Shown: one piece after another, positions 17,294 through 24,332 of the stretch | Layout of the letters: each line of letters begins with the position of its first letter | How positions within the stretch are numbered: position 1 is the stretch's first letter | Source: Comamonas sp. | GTDB taxonomy: Bacteria > Pseudomonadota > Gammaproteobacteria > Burkholderiales > Burkholderiaceae_C | Length of the DNA stretch: 64,000 nt | Reading direction: 5' to 3' | Assembly: GCA_028690035.1 (NCBI GenBank) | Contig: JAQVCA010000001.1 | Span: forward strand, 8,410-72,409 | Translations under genes and position numbers: made by a program | Notes under the pieces: model-generated | Told to the model about the DNA's origin: nothing | The model's input: the letters and a program-made list of their open reading frames with translations, nothing else | The model's database searches: none

Positions 17294-17586
17294 CGCGCCG
17301 TATAGCAATCACCGGGTTCGCTCACTCTGAGCGCTTTGCCTCAGACCTACGCAGCGCCCCGCCAGAAGTGCAGCGCGCCACCCTGGAGGCGCTTAAGCAG
17401 CTGCAAGCCCACCCCAGCGCCAAGTCACTGCGCCTGCACACCTTAAGCGGCATGCCCAAGCCCACCATTTGGAAGATCGACGTGTACGCAAACCACGCTT
17501 GGCAAGTGACATTTGAGCTAAACGGCACCGTGGCCGAGCTCAAGCGCCTCGGCACACATAAAACCATTGACCGCGACCCGCGCTAA
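17290..17586 (+). CDS. RelE/YafQ-superfamily toxin
   Basis: GTG start; SERF..DL...P..VQ.A...AL.QL...P.AKSLRLHTLSG..WKI.V...WQVTF...LKRLGTH; 98 aa. Confidence 0.72.
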   Translation: MTRRIAITGFAHSERFASDLRSAPPEVQRATLEALKQLQAHPSAKSLRLHTLSGMPKPTIWKIDVYANHAWQVTFELNGTVAELKRLGTHKTIDRDPR

Positions 17587-17604
17587 AGAGCACCCAGTTC
17601 AACC

Positions 17605-17627
17605 AACCGCCTTCGGGCGGTTTTTTT
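17605..17627 (+). terminator. Intrinsic terminator ending the cI-cargo operon
   Basis: AACCGCC-TTCG-GGCGGTTTTTTT. Confidence 0.85.
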
Positions 17628-17632
17628 ATCCT

Positions 17633-17661
17633 TTGCAATCTATACGCAAGCTACGTACAAT
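17633..17661 (+). promoter_or_regulatory. Sigma70 promoter of higBA
   Basis: TTGCAA-17-TACAAT, with an imperfect TACG-N7-CGTA palindrome in the spacer; ATG 7 nt after the -10. Confidence 0.75.
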
Positions 17662-17668
17662 AATCCGA

Positions 17669-18007
17669 ATGAAAGCAGTCTTTGTAGAGCTACCGGCCTT
17701 TGAGCGATACCGCGCTGACTATCTGGACGACGAGAACTTTCGCAACCTGCAAGACAGCCTGATGAAAAACCCAGAAGCCGGTGATGTGATCGAAGGCACA
17801 GGCGGCCTGCGCAAAGTACGCCACGCAGACCCTAGACGGGGCAAAGGCAAGCGCGGAGGCCTGCGAGTGATCTACTACTGGTGGGATGGCAAGAACCAGT
17901 TTTGGCTCTTCACCCTCTACGACAAAGACGAACTTGATGACTTGAGCCCAAAGCAAAGGACTGCGCTCAAGACCATGCTCAAGGCAGAACTGGAGGCTCG
18001 ACAATGA
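17669..18007 (+). CDS. higB: HigB/RelE-family toxin (toxin-first TA)
   Basis: FVELPAF, NPEAGDVIEGTGGLRKVR, KGKRGGLRVIYY, LFTLYDK. Confidence 0.9.
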   Translation: MKAVFVELPAFERYRADYLDDENFRNLQDSLMKNPEAGDVIEGTGGLRKVRHADPRRGKGKRGGLRVIYYWWDGKNQFWLFTLYDKDELDDLSPKQRTALKTMLKAELEARQ

Positions 18008-18318
18008 CCAAACGCGACATCTTTGCAGAACTGACCGAAGGATTTGAAGCCTTAAAGGAACAGCGCACCGGTAAGCGCACCTTGCGCACCCATGAGGTGC
18101 AGATCAAACCAGAGGTGAAAATCGAAGCCGCTGAGATCGTTTCCCTGCGGGATAGCTTGGGCCTGTCCCGCGCTGTGTTCGCTCGCTATCTGCGCACCAA
18201 CCCTCGCACCCTAGAAAACTGGGAACAAGGCAGGGCCAAGCCTAACGCCCAGGCTGCGCTCATCATGCGCCTGGTTGAAAAGTATCCAGACACGGTCAAG
18301 CGTCTAGCTGCCGTCTAA
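18004..18318 (+). CDS. higA: HigA-family HTH antitoxin
   Basis: EIVSLRDSLGLSRAVFARYLRTNPRTLENWEQGRAKP; ATGA overlap with the toxin. Confidence 0.9.
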   Translation: MTKRDIFAELTEGFEALKEQRTGKRTLRTHEVQIKPEVKIEAAEIVSLRDSLGLSRAVFARYLRTNPRTLENWEQGRAKPNAQAALIMRLVEKYPDTVKRLAAV

Positions 18319-18323
18319 ACTGG

Positions 18324-18344
18324 CGCCCCCCAGGGCGGTTTTTT
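18324..18344 (+). terminator. Probable terminator after higA
   Basis: CGCCC-CCCA-GGGCG followed by GTTTTTT. Confidence 0.55.
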
Positions 18345-18407
18345 GCCCAAGAAAAACCCTCTCGGCTTACGATGGAGGCTCCTCAACTTCCATCCCGAGA
18401 GGGTTTT

Positions 18408-18644
18408 ATGACTCAGCAGAATAACACCGAGCACCCATTAGATATGCAAGCAGCATATGCCGTCACCGCGCTTGCTGCGGCACTTTGCAAGCAGCCAGGT
18501 ATTGATGGCCAGAAGCTGCGTCTCGACTTCCTTGACGCCATGGAAGGGATTGCAAAGTCTCCGCAGGGTGTTGAAACTGTAGGGCGCTCTATTGCGGCCC
18601 TGATGGCTACTGTTTTGGATGCGCGCACTGCCGGTATTGATTAA
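18408..18644 (+). CDS. Small helical protein (moron 3)
   Basis: 78 aa, GAGAGG SD, preceded by leader copy 18368-18403. Confidence 0.62.
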   Translation: MTQQNNTEHPLDMQAAYAVTALAAALCKQPGIDGQKLRLDFLDAMEGIAKSPQGVETVGRSIAALMATVLDARTAGID

Positions 18645-18807
18645 CGGATTCCTCAAACCCCTTCAGACTCTGCGCTTGAGTCTGGTCAAGCTCAGACTTG
18701 CAACCTTTGTAGGCTTGCGCCACAGCAACGCCGAGCCTCCAGCCATCGGGCTCACCACAGCAATCCACCTTGAGCGCCGCGATCAAGGGCAGTAAAAACT
18801 TCAACAT
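18607..18807 (-). CDS. Small hypothetical protein convergent with moron 3
   Basis: GGAGG SD, MLKFLLPLIAAL...; 38-nt 3' overlap. Confidence 0.4.
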   Translation of the reverse strand: MLKFLLPLIAALKVDCCGEPDGWRLGVAVAQAYKGCKSELDQTQAQSLKGFEESVNQYRQCAHPKQ

Positions 18808-18819
18808 CTCATCCTCCAG

Positions 18820-18845
18820 ACCGCCCACCTCGGGCGGTTTTTTTG
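18820..18845 (+). terminator. Intrinsic terminator upstream of PL
   Basis: ACCGCCC-ACCTC-GGGCGGTTTTTTT. Confidence 0.8.
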
Positions 18846-18885
18846 TGCCCAGGCCATCCAGGCACAACGGCAGTTTAGCGAAAAA

Positions 18886-18926
18886 TAAGCGAAATGCTTG
18901 ACGCTGTTAAGCGTATCGCTTACATT
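18886..18926 (+). promoter_or_regulatory. PL-equivalent promoter with two operators (OL)
   Basis: TTGACG(18898-18903)-17-TACATT(18921-18926); TAAGCGAAATGCTTG and TAAGCGTATCGCTTA match the OR consensus. Confidence 0.88.
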
Positions 18927-19031
18927 GCTTCCATCGCAGCACAAAAGCGTTACGCAAAAGCGCTGCGATGGGCGCCAAGTGATCGGACTGACCGCCCTGG
19001 GTCTTTAACAAGCGGCTGAGAGTGATTTGGA

Positions 19032-19134
19032 GAGGTGGCGGCGTGGAAGGACACGCGAAGCTGTAGCAGCGGCAGGTAGGCGCAACGCGCTGAACGCAGC
19101 CACTGGAGCCGGTACCAAGCCCGGCCCACCTCCC
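19032..19134 (+). ncRNA. tRNA-like structured RNA in the PL leader
   Basis: 7-bp stem GAGGTGG/CCACCTC, D-arm-like GCGTG-GAAGGA-CACGC, T-arm-like GCCGG-TACCAAGC-CCGGC; no canonical anticodon arm. Confidence 0.45.
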
Positions 19135-19318
19135 TAAATCAAATCTCAGCCGCGCACGACCAGCCGATGTTGCTCCCCTACCTGTCTGGGGTTCGTCCGG
19201 CTCAATAGCACCTGCGGGCATGGTCGCAGCTCTGCGCGGTATCCCTGCCGTCCACAGTCCGCCCAAGCGCGGTAAACGGGCAACAGGGTGAGGTGAAGAC
19301 GGCCAAGAGCAAAACGGT

Positions 19319-19402
19319 CACGCTGGATGGAATGCCAGCAACGCCCGCCCCGAGCGCATCGGGGAGTCAACCCAGAGCCTTGTGACAGAGGGCTGCGGTT
19401 TG
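19319..19402 (+). repeat. Structured direct repeat copy 1 (three hairpins)
   Basis: CACGCTGGATGGAATGCCAGC..CGCCCGCCCCGAGCG..ATCGGGGAG..CCAGAGCCTTGTGA..GAGGG..GGTTTG. Confidence 0.85.
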
Positions 19403-19416
19403 ACAAGGAGAGAGGC

Positions 19417-19743
19417 ATGGAGCCAATGCAACGAGTAGAGATCGTGCGGATGTGTAAAACAGACGTGTGGATTGAAGATGATTTTTTTGGCGGTCGGCAT
19501 GTAGTGGTGCAGCACGAAGGATGCGCCCCATTCACATATGCGTCATTCAACTATGACTATCGGTACACCAGCAACGCTGAGACGCTATCAGCGGCGACAG
19601 AGTTGGCTATGCAACTTGGTGCAACCACGCCGGTGGCGCGCAAGTCTAGGGCGCCAGAAGCTCTCAATAAAGAAGAAATCAAGCGGCAAATTGAGGTGCT
19701 GCAAGACCTGCTGCTCAAGCTGAATAAGCAAAACGGAACATAA
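19417..19743 (+). CDS. Phage hypothetical protein bracketed by the direct repeats
   Basis: 108 aa, AAGGAG SD directly after repeat copy 1. Confidence 0.65.
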   Translation: MEPMQRVEIVRMCKTDVWIEDDFFGGRHVVVQHEGCAPFTYASFNYDYRYTSNAETLSAATELAMQLGATTPVARKSRAPEALNKEEIKRQIEVLQDLLLKLNKQNGT

Positions 19744-19750
19744 AAATGGC

Positions 19751-19835
19751 CACGCTGGATGGAATGCCAGCCCGCCCGCCCCGAGCGGTCAATCGGGGAG
19801 CAAACCAGAGCCTTGTGATGGAGGGTTGTGGTTTG
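19751..19835 (+). repeat. Structured direct repeat copy 2
   Basis: Highly similar to 19319-19402; differences fall mostly in loops and linkers. Confidence 0.85.
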
Positions 19836-19887
19836 CTTACTAACCGCCTCCTCTGATACGCTCGCCCCATAAAAACTAGGAGAAGTT

Positions 19888-20166
19888 ATGAAAAAAGCTA
19901 TTTGGATAGTTGCTTGCTTGGTCACTTTGGCAGGCTGTGCAACAAGCTCAACAGGGGTCGCCCCGCTCGGCGATGGTCGTTATATGTTGCACGGCTCCGA
20001 CCTGACTGGCTGGGGTACTGCGAACGAAGTCAAGGCTGCCTTATTGAAAGAAGCTGGAGAATTTTGCGCCAAACAGGGTAAGGAACTTTCTCAGGTGTAT
20101 CACAGCGGCAAGGAGATGGGATTCATCACCTCAGCAAATGCTGACATTACCTTTCGCTGTAAGTAA
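19888..20166 (+). CDS. Lipoprotein (moron; possible superinfection exclusion)
   Basis: Signal peptide II with LAGC lipobox; AGGAG SD; AT-richer; downstream terminator 20225-20255. Confidence 0.8.
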   Translation: MKKAIWIVACLVTLAGCATSSTGVAPLGDGRYMLHGSDLTGWGTANEVKAALLKEAGEFCAKQGKELSQVYHSGKEMGFITSANADITFRCK

Positions 20167-20369
20167 GGCCACTCTTGGCATCTAAATCAGGCCGCTGGTC
20201 GGCTGCTGGTTATGCCCAAACAAAAAGCGCTTCCCTAATCCGGAGGCGTTTTTTGTTTGAGTTTCTAGCCGGGTCGTGGTGCATCTCTTCCCTTCCTCTC
20301 AAACTTCCCATGACATGCCCGATGGGCACCGGCTCTTCATGTCTCCCCGCTGACCTTTAACCAGCGGTT

Positions 20370-20391
20370 GCCCACTTCGGTGGGCTTTTTT
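20370..20391 (+). terminator. Intrinsic terminator immediately upstream of the tRNA
   Basis: GCCCAC-TTCG-GTGGGCTTTTTT. Confidence 0.8.
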
Positions 20392-20396
20392 ATTCA

Positions 20397-20472
20397 GCGT
20401 CAGTAGCTCAACGGATAGAGCACCGGTCTTCTACATCGTGGGTTGCAGGTTCGAGTCCTGCCTGACGCGCCA
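20397..20472 (+). tRNA. tRNA-Arg (anticodon UCU), phage encoded
   Basis: Cloverleaf: acceptor GCGTCAG/CTGACGC, D-arm GCTC/GAGC, loop CT-TCT-AC, T-loop TTCGAGT, encoded CCA; one mismatch in the anticodon stem. Confidence 0.93.
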
Positions 20473-20547
20473 CCCACCCGCCCCGAGCAATCGCGGCGGG
20501 TTTTCTTTTTGCCCAATTACCCCAATCACTACCAAAAGGAGATGCCC

Positions 20548-20928
20548 ATGCTGCACCCTGTTAGCCACACTCCAATCGACCCTGTGGACATTGACCTCGG
20601 TCACCACATGGACGCGGCAGACGCCGAAGAGGAGCGACAAGCCGCAATCGACGCCCTGGTCAAGTCCGACTACATCGACACAGACTTGCTCTCAGAAGGC
20701 GGCTTTGTCGCGGAGTTTTTTGAAGAGCTGATGCCAGACCTGCCCACCGCCTTGGTGAAAAAGCTGGAGAAGGCCAGCCAAGGCTACAAGTGCCAGCACC
20801 ACGGTGGCCCACATACCAGTACGGCAATGGCCTGCTCCCGCGTCGGGCGCGTGCTGCTGGACTGGATGTTCGATCGCGCCCATGAGATTGCCGAAGAGCG
20901 TCTGAAAAAGGAGTTTCCCCATGCATGA
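20548..20928 (+). CDS. Phage hypothetical protein
   Basis: AAGGAG SD; acidic 126 aa. Confidence 0.65.
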   Translation: MLHPVSHTPIDPVDIDLGHHMDAADAEEERQAAIDALVKSDYIDTDLLSEGGFVAEFFEELMPDLPTALVKKLEKASQGYKCQHHGGPHTSTAMACSRVGRVLLDWMFDRAHEIAEERLKKEFPHA

Positions 20929-21070
20929 CTGCTTCACAACAGCCCTGATGGCCCAGTTCCTGGCCGTGCAGCCAGAGGCCGAGCCACAGATCAAGCCGCC
21001 GCCTACGCCGCCTGAGCTGGTGCGCGAGCAGCTGCAGCCCGAAACCGAACACCAGTGCGAAGCAATTTAG
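20921..21070 (+). CDS. Small phage hypothetical protein (49 aa)
   Basis: AAGGAG SD within the upstream gene; overlapping start. Confidence 0.45.
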   Translation: MHDCFTTALMAQFLAVQPEAEPQIKPPPTPPELVREQLQPETEHQCEAI

Positions 21071-21081
21071 GAGGACACAGC

Positions 21082-21231
21082 ATGCGCAAGTGCCTTGTAA
21101 AAGTGACGCTCCCAAGAGGTGCGCCCATCTACTACACCTGCATTCAGCCCAGCACGGCTGATGCCACGATCGACGCAATGGATCGCTACGGCCACTTGGC
21201 CAAGATCAGCGCGAAGCGATTGGGAGCCTGA
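21082..21231 (+). CDS. Small phage hypothetical protein (49 aa)
   Basis: AGGAGG SD; MRKCLVKVTLP... Confidence 0.55.
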   Translation: MRKCLVKVTLPRGAPIYYTCIQPSTADATIDAMDRYGHLAKISAKRLGA

Positions 21232-21366
21232 CATGGTGCCCATCCAACTCCAGCGCATATCAAAGCGCCGTCACTTCAAGCCCGCCACTGTGCGGGCTTT
21301 GTTTTTCTGGCTGGCCACATCCGCACTTTCCCTGGGCAGCGCCGCGCTGATGGTGCTCTACGCGCC

Positions 21367-21582
21367 ATGACTGCGCCCAAGCCGTGCCCCACCGGCAAGG
21401 TGCCACTGGATGCCCAACGTGCCCAGCAGCTGGCGCGCCGCTCCAGCGCTGCATACACACGCCCCATGACCGCCTACAAGTGCCCCGAGTGCGGCGCGTG
21501 GCACCTGGGCCAGCCCGGCAGGCTGCGCCGCCCTCTTCCTTTGATCAACAGAAACCACCAAGTGAATGTGAGGTTTTTATGA
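21367..21582 (+). CDS. Small Zn-ribbon-like phage protein
   Basis: CPTGK...AYKCPECGAWHLG motif; ATGA overlap with the recT start. Confidence 0.65.
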   Translation: MTAPKPCPTGKVPLDAQRAQQLARRSSAAYTRPMTAYKCPECGAWHLGQPGRLRRPLPLINRNHQVNVRFL

Positions 21583-22556
21583 ACGCACTAGCCACCCAGA
21601 CCAACACAGCCCTGCGCCCAGCAGGCGGCTTCGACCTGAGTCCTCAGACTTTCGAGCAGGCGCTGACCTTCTCGCAGTACCTGGCCGACAGCGACATGGT
21701 GCCCAAAGACTTTAAGGGCAAGCCCGGTAATTGCCTTATTGCCATGCAATGGGGTAGCGAGTTGGGCCTCAAGCCGCTGCAGTCCCTGCAGAACTTGGCG
21801 GTCATCAATGGCCGCCCTGCCCTTTGGGGTGATGCTGTGATTGCCCTGGTGCTCTCTAGCCCTGCATGCGAATACGTCACCGAGGACGACGACGGCCACA
21901 CCGCATACTGCCGCGTCAAGCGTAAAGGGGCGCCCGAGCAGGTGCGCACCTTCAGCATCGACGATGCACGCGCTGCGGGCTTGAGCGGCAAGCAAGGCCC
22001 GTGGACGCAATACCCAAAGCGCATGCGCCAAATGCGGGCACGTGCCTTTGCCCTGCGTGACGTTTTCCCCGATGTGCTGCGCGGCATGCCCGTTGCGGAG
22101 GAGCTGCAGGACATGGAGGCCAGCAATGCAGCTGGTGCAGGTGAAAAACACATGGGTCCTGCCGAAGTGGTGCCGCAGCAACTGCCCGAATGGCCCGCCG
22201 ACCGCTGGGCAGCAGGCCTGCCCAAGTGGCTCAAGGGCATCGCAGACGGCAAGCCGCTGGACGAAGTGCTGGCTTGGCTGCGTTCCAAGGGCGCCGTCAC
22301 ACCAGCGCAAGAACAACAGCTGCGCGCCGAGGCCGCCCGGCAGCAAGCGCCAGCACCTGCCGCACCTGCCGCACCAGCAGCAACCGGCGCGCCCACGGTG
22401 GATGCAGAGCAACTGGCCCAGCGCATGCAGGCCTGCACCGACACCGAAGCCCTGTATGAGCTGGGCAACCTGATGGATGCCGTCACCGACCCAGAGCAGA
22501 ACCGGCGTCTGGGTGAAATCTTCGATGCCAAGCTGGCAGAACTTGAAGCCGCTTAA
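21579..22556 (+). CDS. recT: RecT-family single-strand annealing protein
   Basis: VPKDFKGKPGNCLIAMQWGSELGLKPLQ, GRPALWGD, PWTQYPKRM.QMRARAFALRD.FPD. Confidence 0.88.
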   Translation: MNALATQTNTALRPAGGFDLSPQTFEQALTFSQYLADSDMVPKDFKGKPGNCLIAMQWGSELGLKPLQSLQNLAVINGRPALWGDAVIALVLSSPACEYVTEDDDGHTAYCRVKRKGAPEQVRTFSIDDARAAGLSGKQGPWTQYPKRMRQMRARAFALRDVFPDVLRGMPVAEELQDMEASNAAGAGEKHMGPAEVVPQQLPEWPADRWAAGLPKWLKGIADGKPLDEVLAWLRSKGAVTPAQEQQLRAEAARQQAPAPAAPAAPAATGAPTVDAEQLAQRMQACTDTEALYELGNLMDAVTDPEQNRRLGEIFDAKLAELEAA

Positions 22557-22614
22557 GCACCCTCGCTCACCCAAGCCCGCCCGCCAGCGGGCTTTTTTTC
22601 GCCCAGGAGGCACC

Positions 22615-24309
22615 ATGCAAATCGTAAATCTCATTCAGGGCACGCCCGAGTGGCACGCCCATCGCGCCAAGCACTTCAATGCCAGCGATGCCTCTGCCAT
22701 GATGGGCTGCAGCAGCTACAAGAGTCGCTCCCAGCTCATCAAGGAGCTGGCCACCGGCCTTGGTCAAGAGGTGGACGCATCCACACAGCGCCGCTTCGAT
22801 GACGGCCACCGCTTTGAAGCCTTGGCCCGTCCACTGGCAGAGAAAATCATTGGCGACGACGAAGGCCTCTCTGCCTGCGTTGGAGTACGAGGCAAATACT
22901 CCGCCAGTTTTGACGGCCTGACCTTCATGTACGACGTGGCCTTTGAGCACAAAACGCTCAATAAGGCCTTGCGCGCAGCAATGGTCGAAGGCTGCACCGG
23001 CGCCGATCTGCCTCTGCAGTACAAAGTCCAAATGGAGCACCAAGCCATGGTGTCGGGCTGTGATCGCATCCTGTTCATGGCCAGCGAGTGGGCCGGCGAC
23101 GGCCAGCTTGTTGAGGAACGCCACTGCTGGTACTACCCCAACCCAGAGCTGCGCGCCCAGATCATCGCGGGCTGGGAGCAGTTGGAAAAGGACGTGGCCG
23201 CCTACGACCCCACCGCCGAGCGCCCTGCCCCCGCCGTGGCCGCACCTATGGAAAGCCTGCCCGCCGTCGTGGTGCAAGTGCAAGGCCAACTTACCGTAGG
23301 CGGAAACCTACCAGCCTTCGGCGCTGCGCTGCGTGCGTTCATCGAGCGCATTCCGGCCAAGCCCAGCACCGACCAGGAATTTGCCGATGCCGACGCAGCT
23401 TGCAAAGCCCTAAAAAAAGCAGAGGATGCACTGGCCCAGGCAGAGGAAAGCGCACTGGCGCAGGTTGGCGATGTAGAGGCGATGCGCCGCATGGTTGCCG
23501 ATCTCAAAGCCCTGGCCCGCGCCACACGCTTGGCTACTGAAAAGCTGGTCAAGGCTGAAAAAGAAGCCCGGCGCGTTGAAATCGTCACCAACGCAAAGAT
23601 GGCGTTCAACACCCATGTGCAGCGCCTGGAGGTGGAACTGAAAGGCATCCGCCTGCAGATTGCACCGCCTGACTTCGCCGGGGCCATCAAGGGCTTGAGC
23701 AGCGTATCCAGCATGGAAGAGAAACTCACCGCAGCGCTGCTAGAGGGCAAGGCCCAGGCCAACACCCTTGCCAGCCGCGTTGCCGATAACCTGCGCATGC
23801 TGGACAGTGTGAGTGAATACGCCTTCCTCTTTCCTGACCGCCAAGACTTGGCCAACAAGGACAGCGAAGTGCTGGAACTGCTGATCCACAAGCGCGTGGC
23901 AGATCACCAGGCCGCCGAAGCCGCCCGCCTGGAAGCGGAGCGCGAGCGCATCCGCGCCGAGGAAGCGGCCAAGCTGCACGCCCAGGCCGCCATCGAAGCG
24001 GCAGCAAAAACCGAAGCACCCAGCGCACAGCCTGAGCCGGTTGCAGAAGCAAAAGCGCCTGAAACCGTTGTCCAGCAAGCGCAGGCAGCTCCTGCAAATG
24101 AAGCAGCGGACGACGGTGACACCCTCACCCTGGGCCAGATCAACAGCCTGATTGCACCGCTCAAGGTGGATGCCGCAGGCCTAGCAGAGCTGGGCTTCGA
24201 GGCACGCAAGGTGGAGAAATCCACGGCCAAGCACTACCGCACCAGCGACCTTCCGGCCATCGTTCAAACCCTGGTCACCCACCTGCAGGGCGTTCTCGCC
24301 ACTGCATAA
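22615..24309 (+). CDS. YqaJ-like viral exonuclease with long coiled-coil C-terminus
   Basis: QGTPEWHAHRA..FNASDA, GH.FE, SASFDGL, FEHK, Q.EHQ..VSG; AGGAGG SD. Confidence 0.88.
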   Translation: MQIVNLIQGTPEWHAHRAKHFNASDASAMMGCSSYKSRSQLIKELATGLGQEVDASTQRRFDDGHRFEALARPLAEKIIGDDEGLSACVGVRGKYSASFDGLTFMYDVAFEHKTLNKALRAAMVEGCTGADLPLQYKVQMEHQAMVSGCDRILFMASEWAGDGQLVEERHCWYYPNPELRAQIIAGWEQLEKDVAAYDPTAERPAPAVAAPMESLPAVVVQVQGQLTVGGNLPAFGAALRAFIERIPAKPSTDQEFADADAACKALKKAEDALAQAEESALAQVGDVEAMRRMVADLKALARATRLATEKLVKAEKEARRVEIVTNAKMAFNTHVQRLEVELKGIRLQIAPPDFAGAIKGLSSVSSMEEKLTAALLEGKAQANTLASRVADNLRMLDSVSEYAFLFPDRQDLANKDSEVLELLIHKRVADHQAAEAARLEAERERIRAEEAAKLHAQAAIEAAAKTEAPSAQPEPVAEAKAPETVVQQAQAAPANEAADDGDTLTLGQINSLIAPLKVDAAGLAELGFEARKVEKSTAKHYRTSDLPAIVQTLVTHLQGVLATA

Positions 24310-24332
24310 CCCGCCACCGAAAGGACACCACC

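Noticed and set aside
21233-21370. 45-aa hydrophobic ORF
   Set aside because: Its middle coincides with a terminator hairpin (21278-21306), so its coding status is doubtful.
22330-22400. Short tandem GCACCTGCC repeats in recT
   Set aside because: They encode an Ala/Pro linker; ordinary low-complexity sequence.
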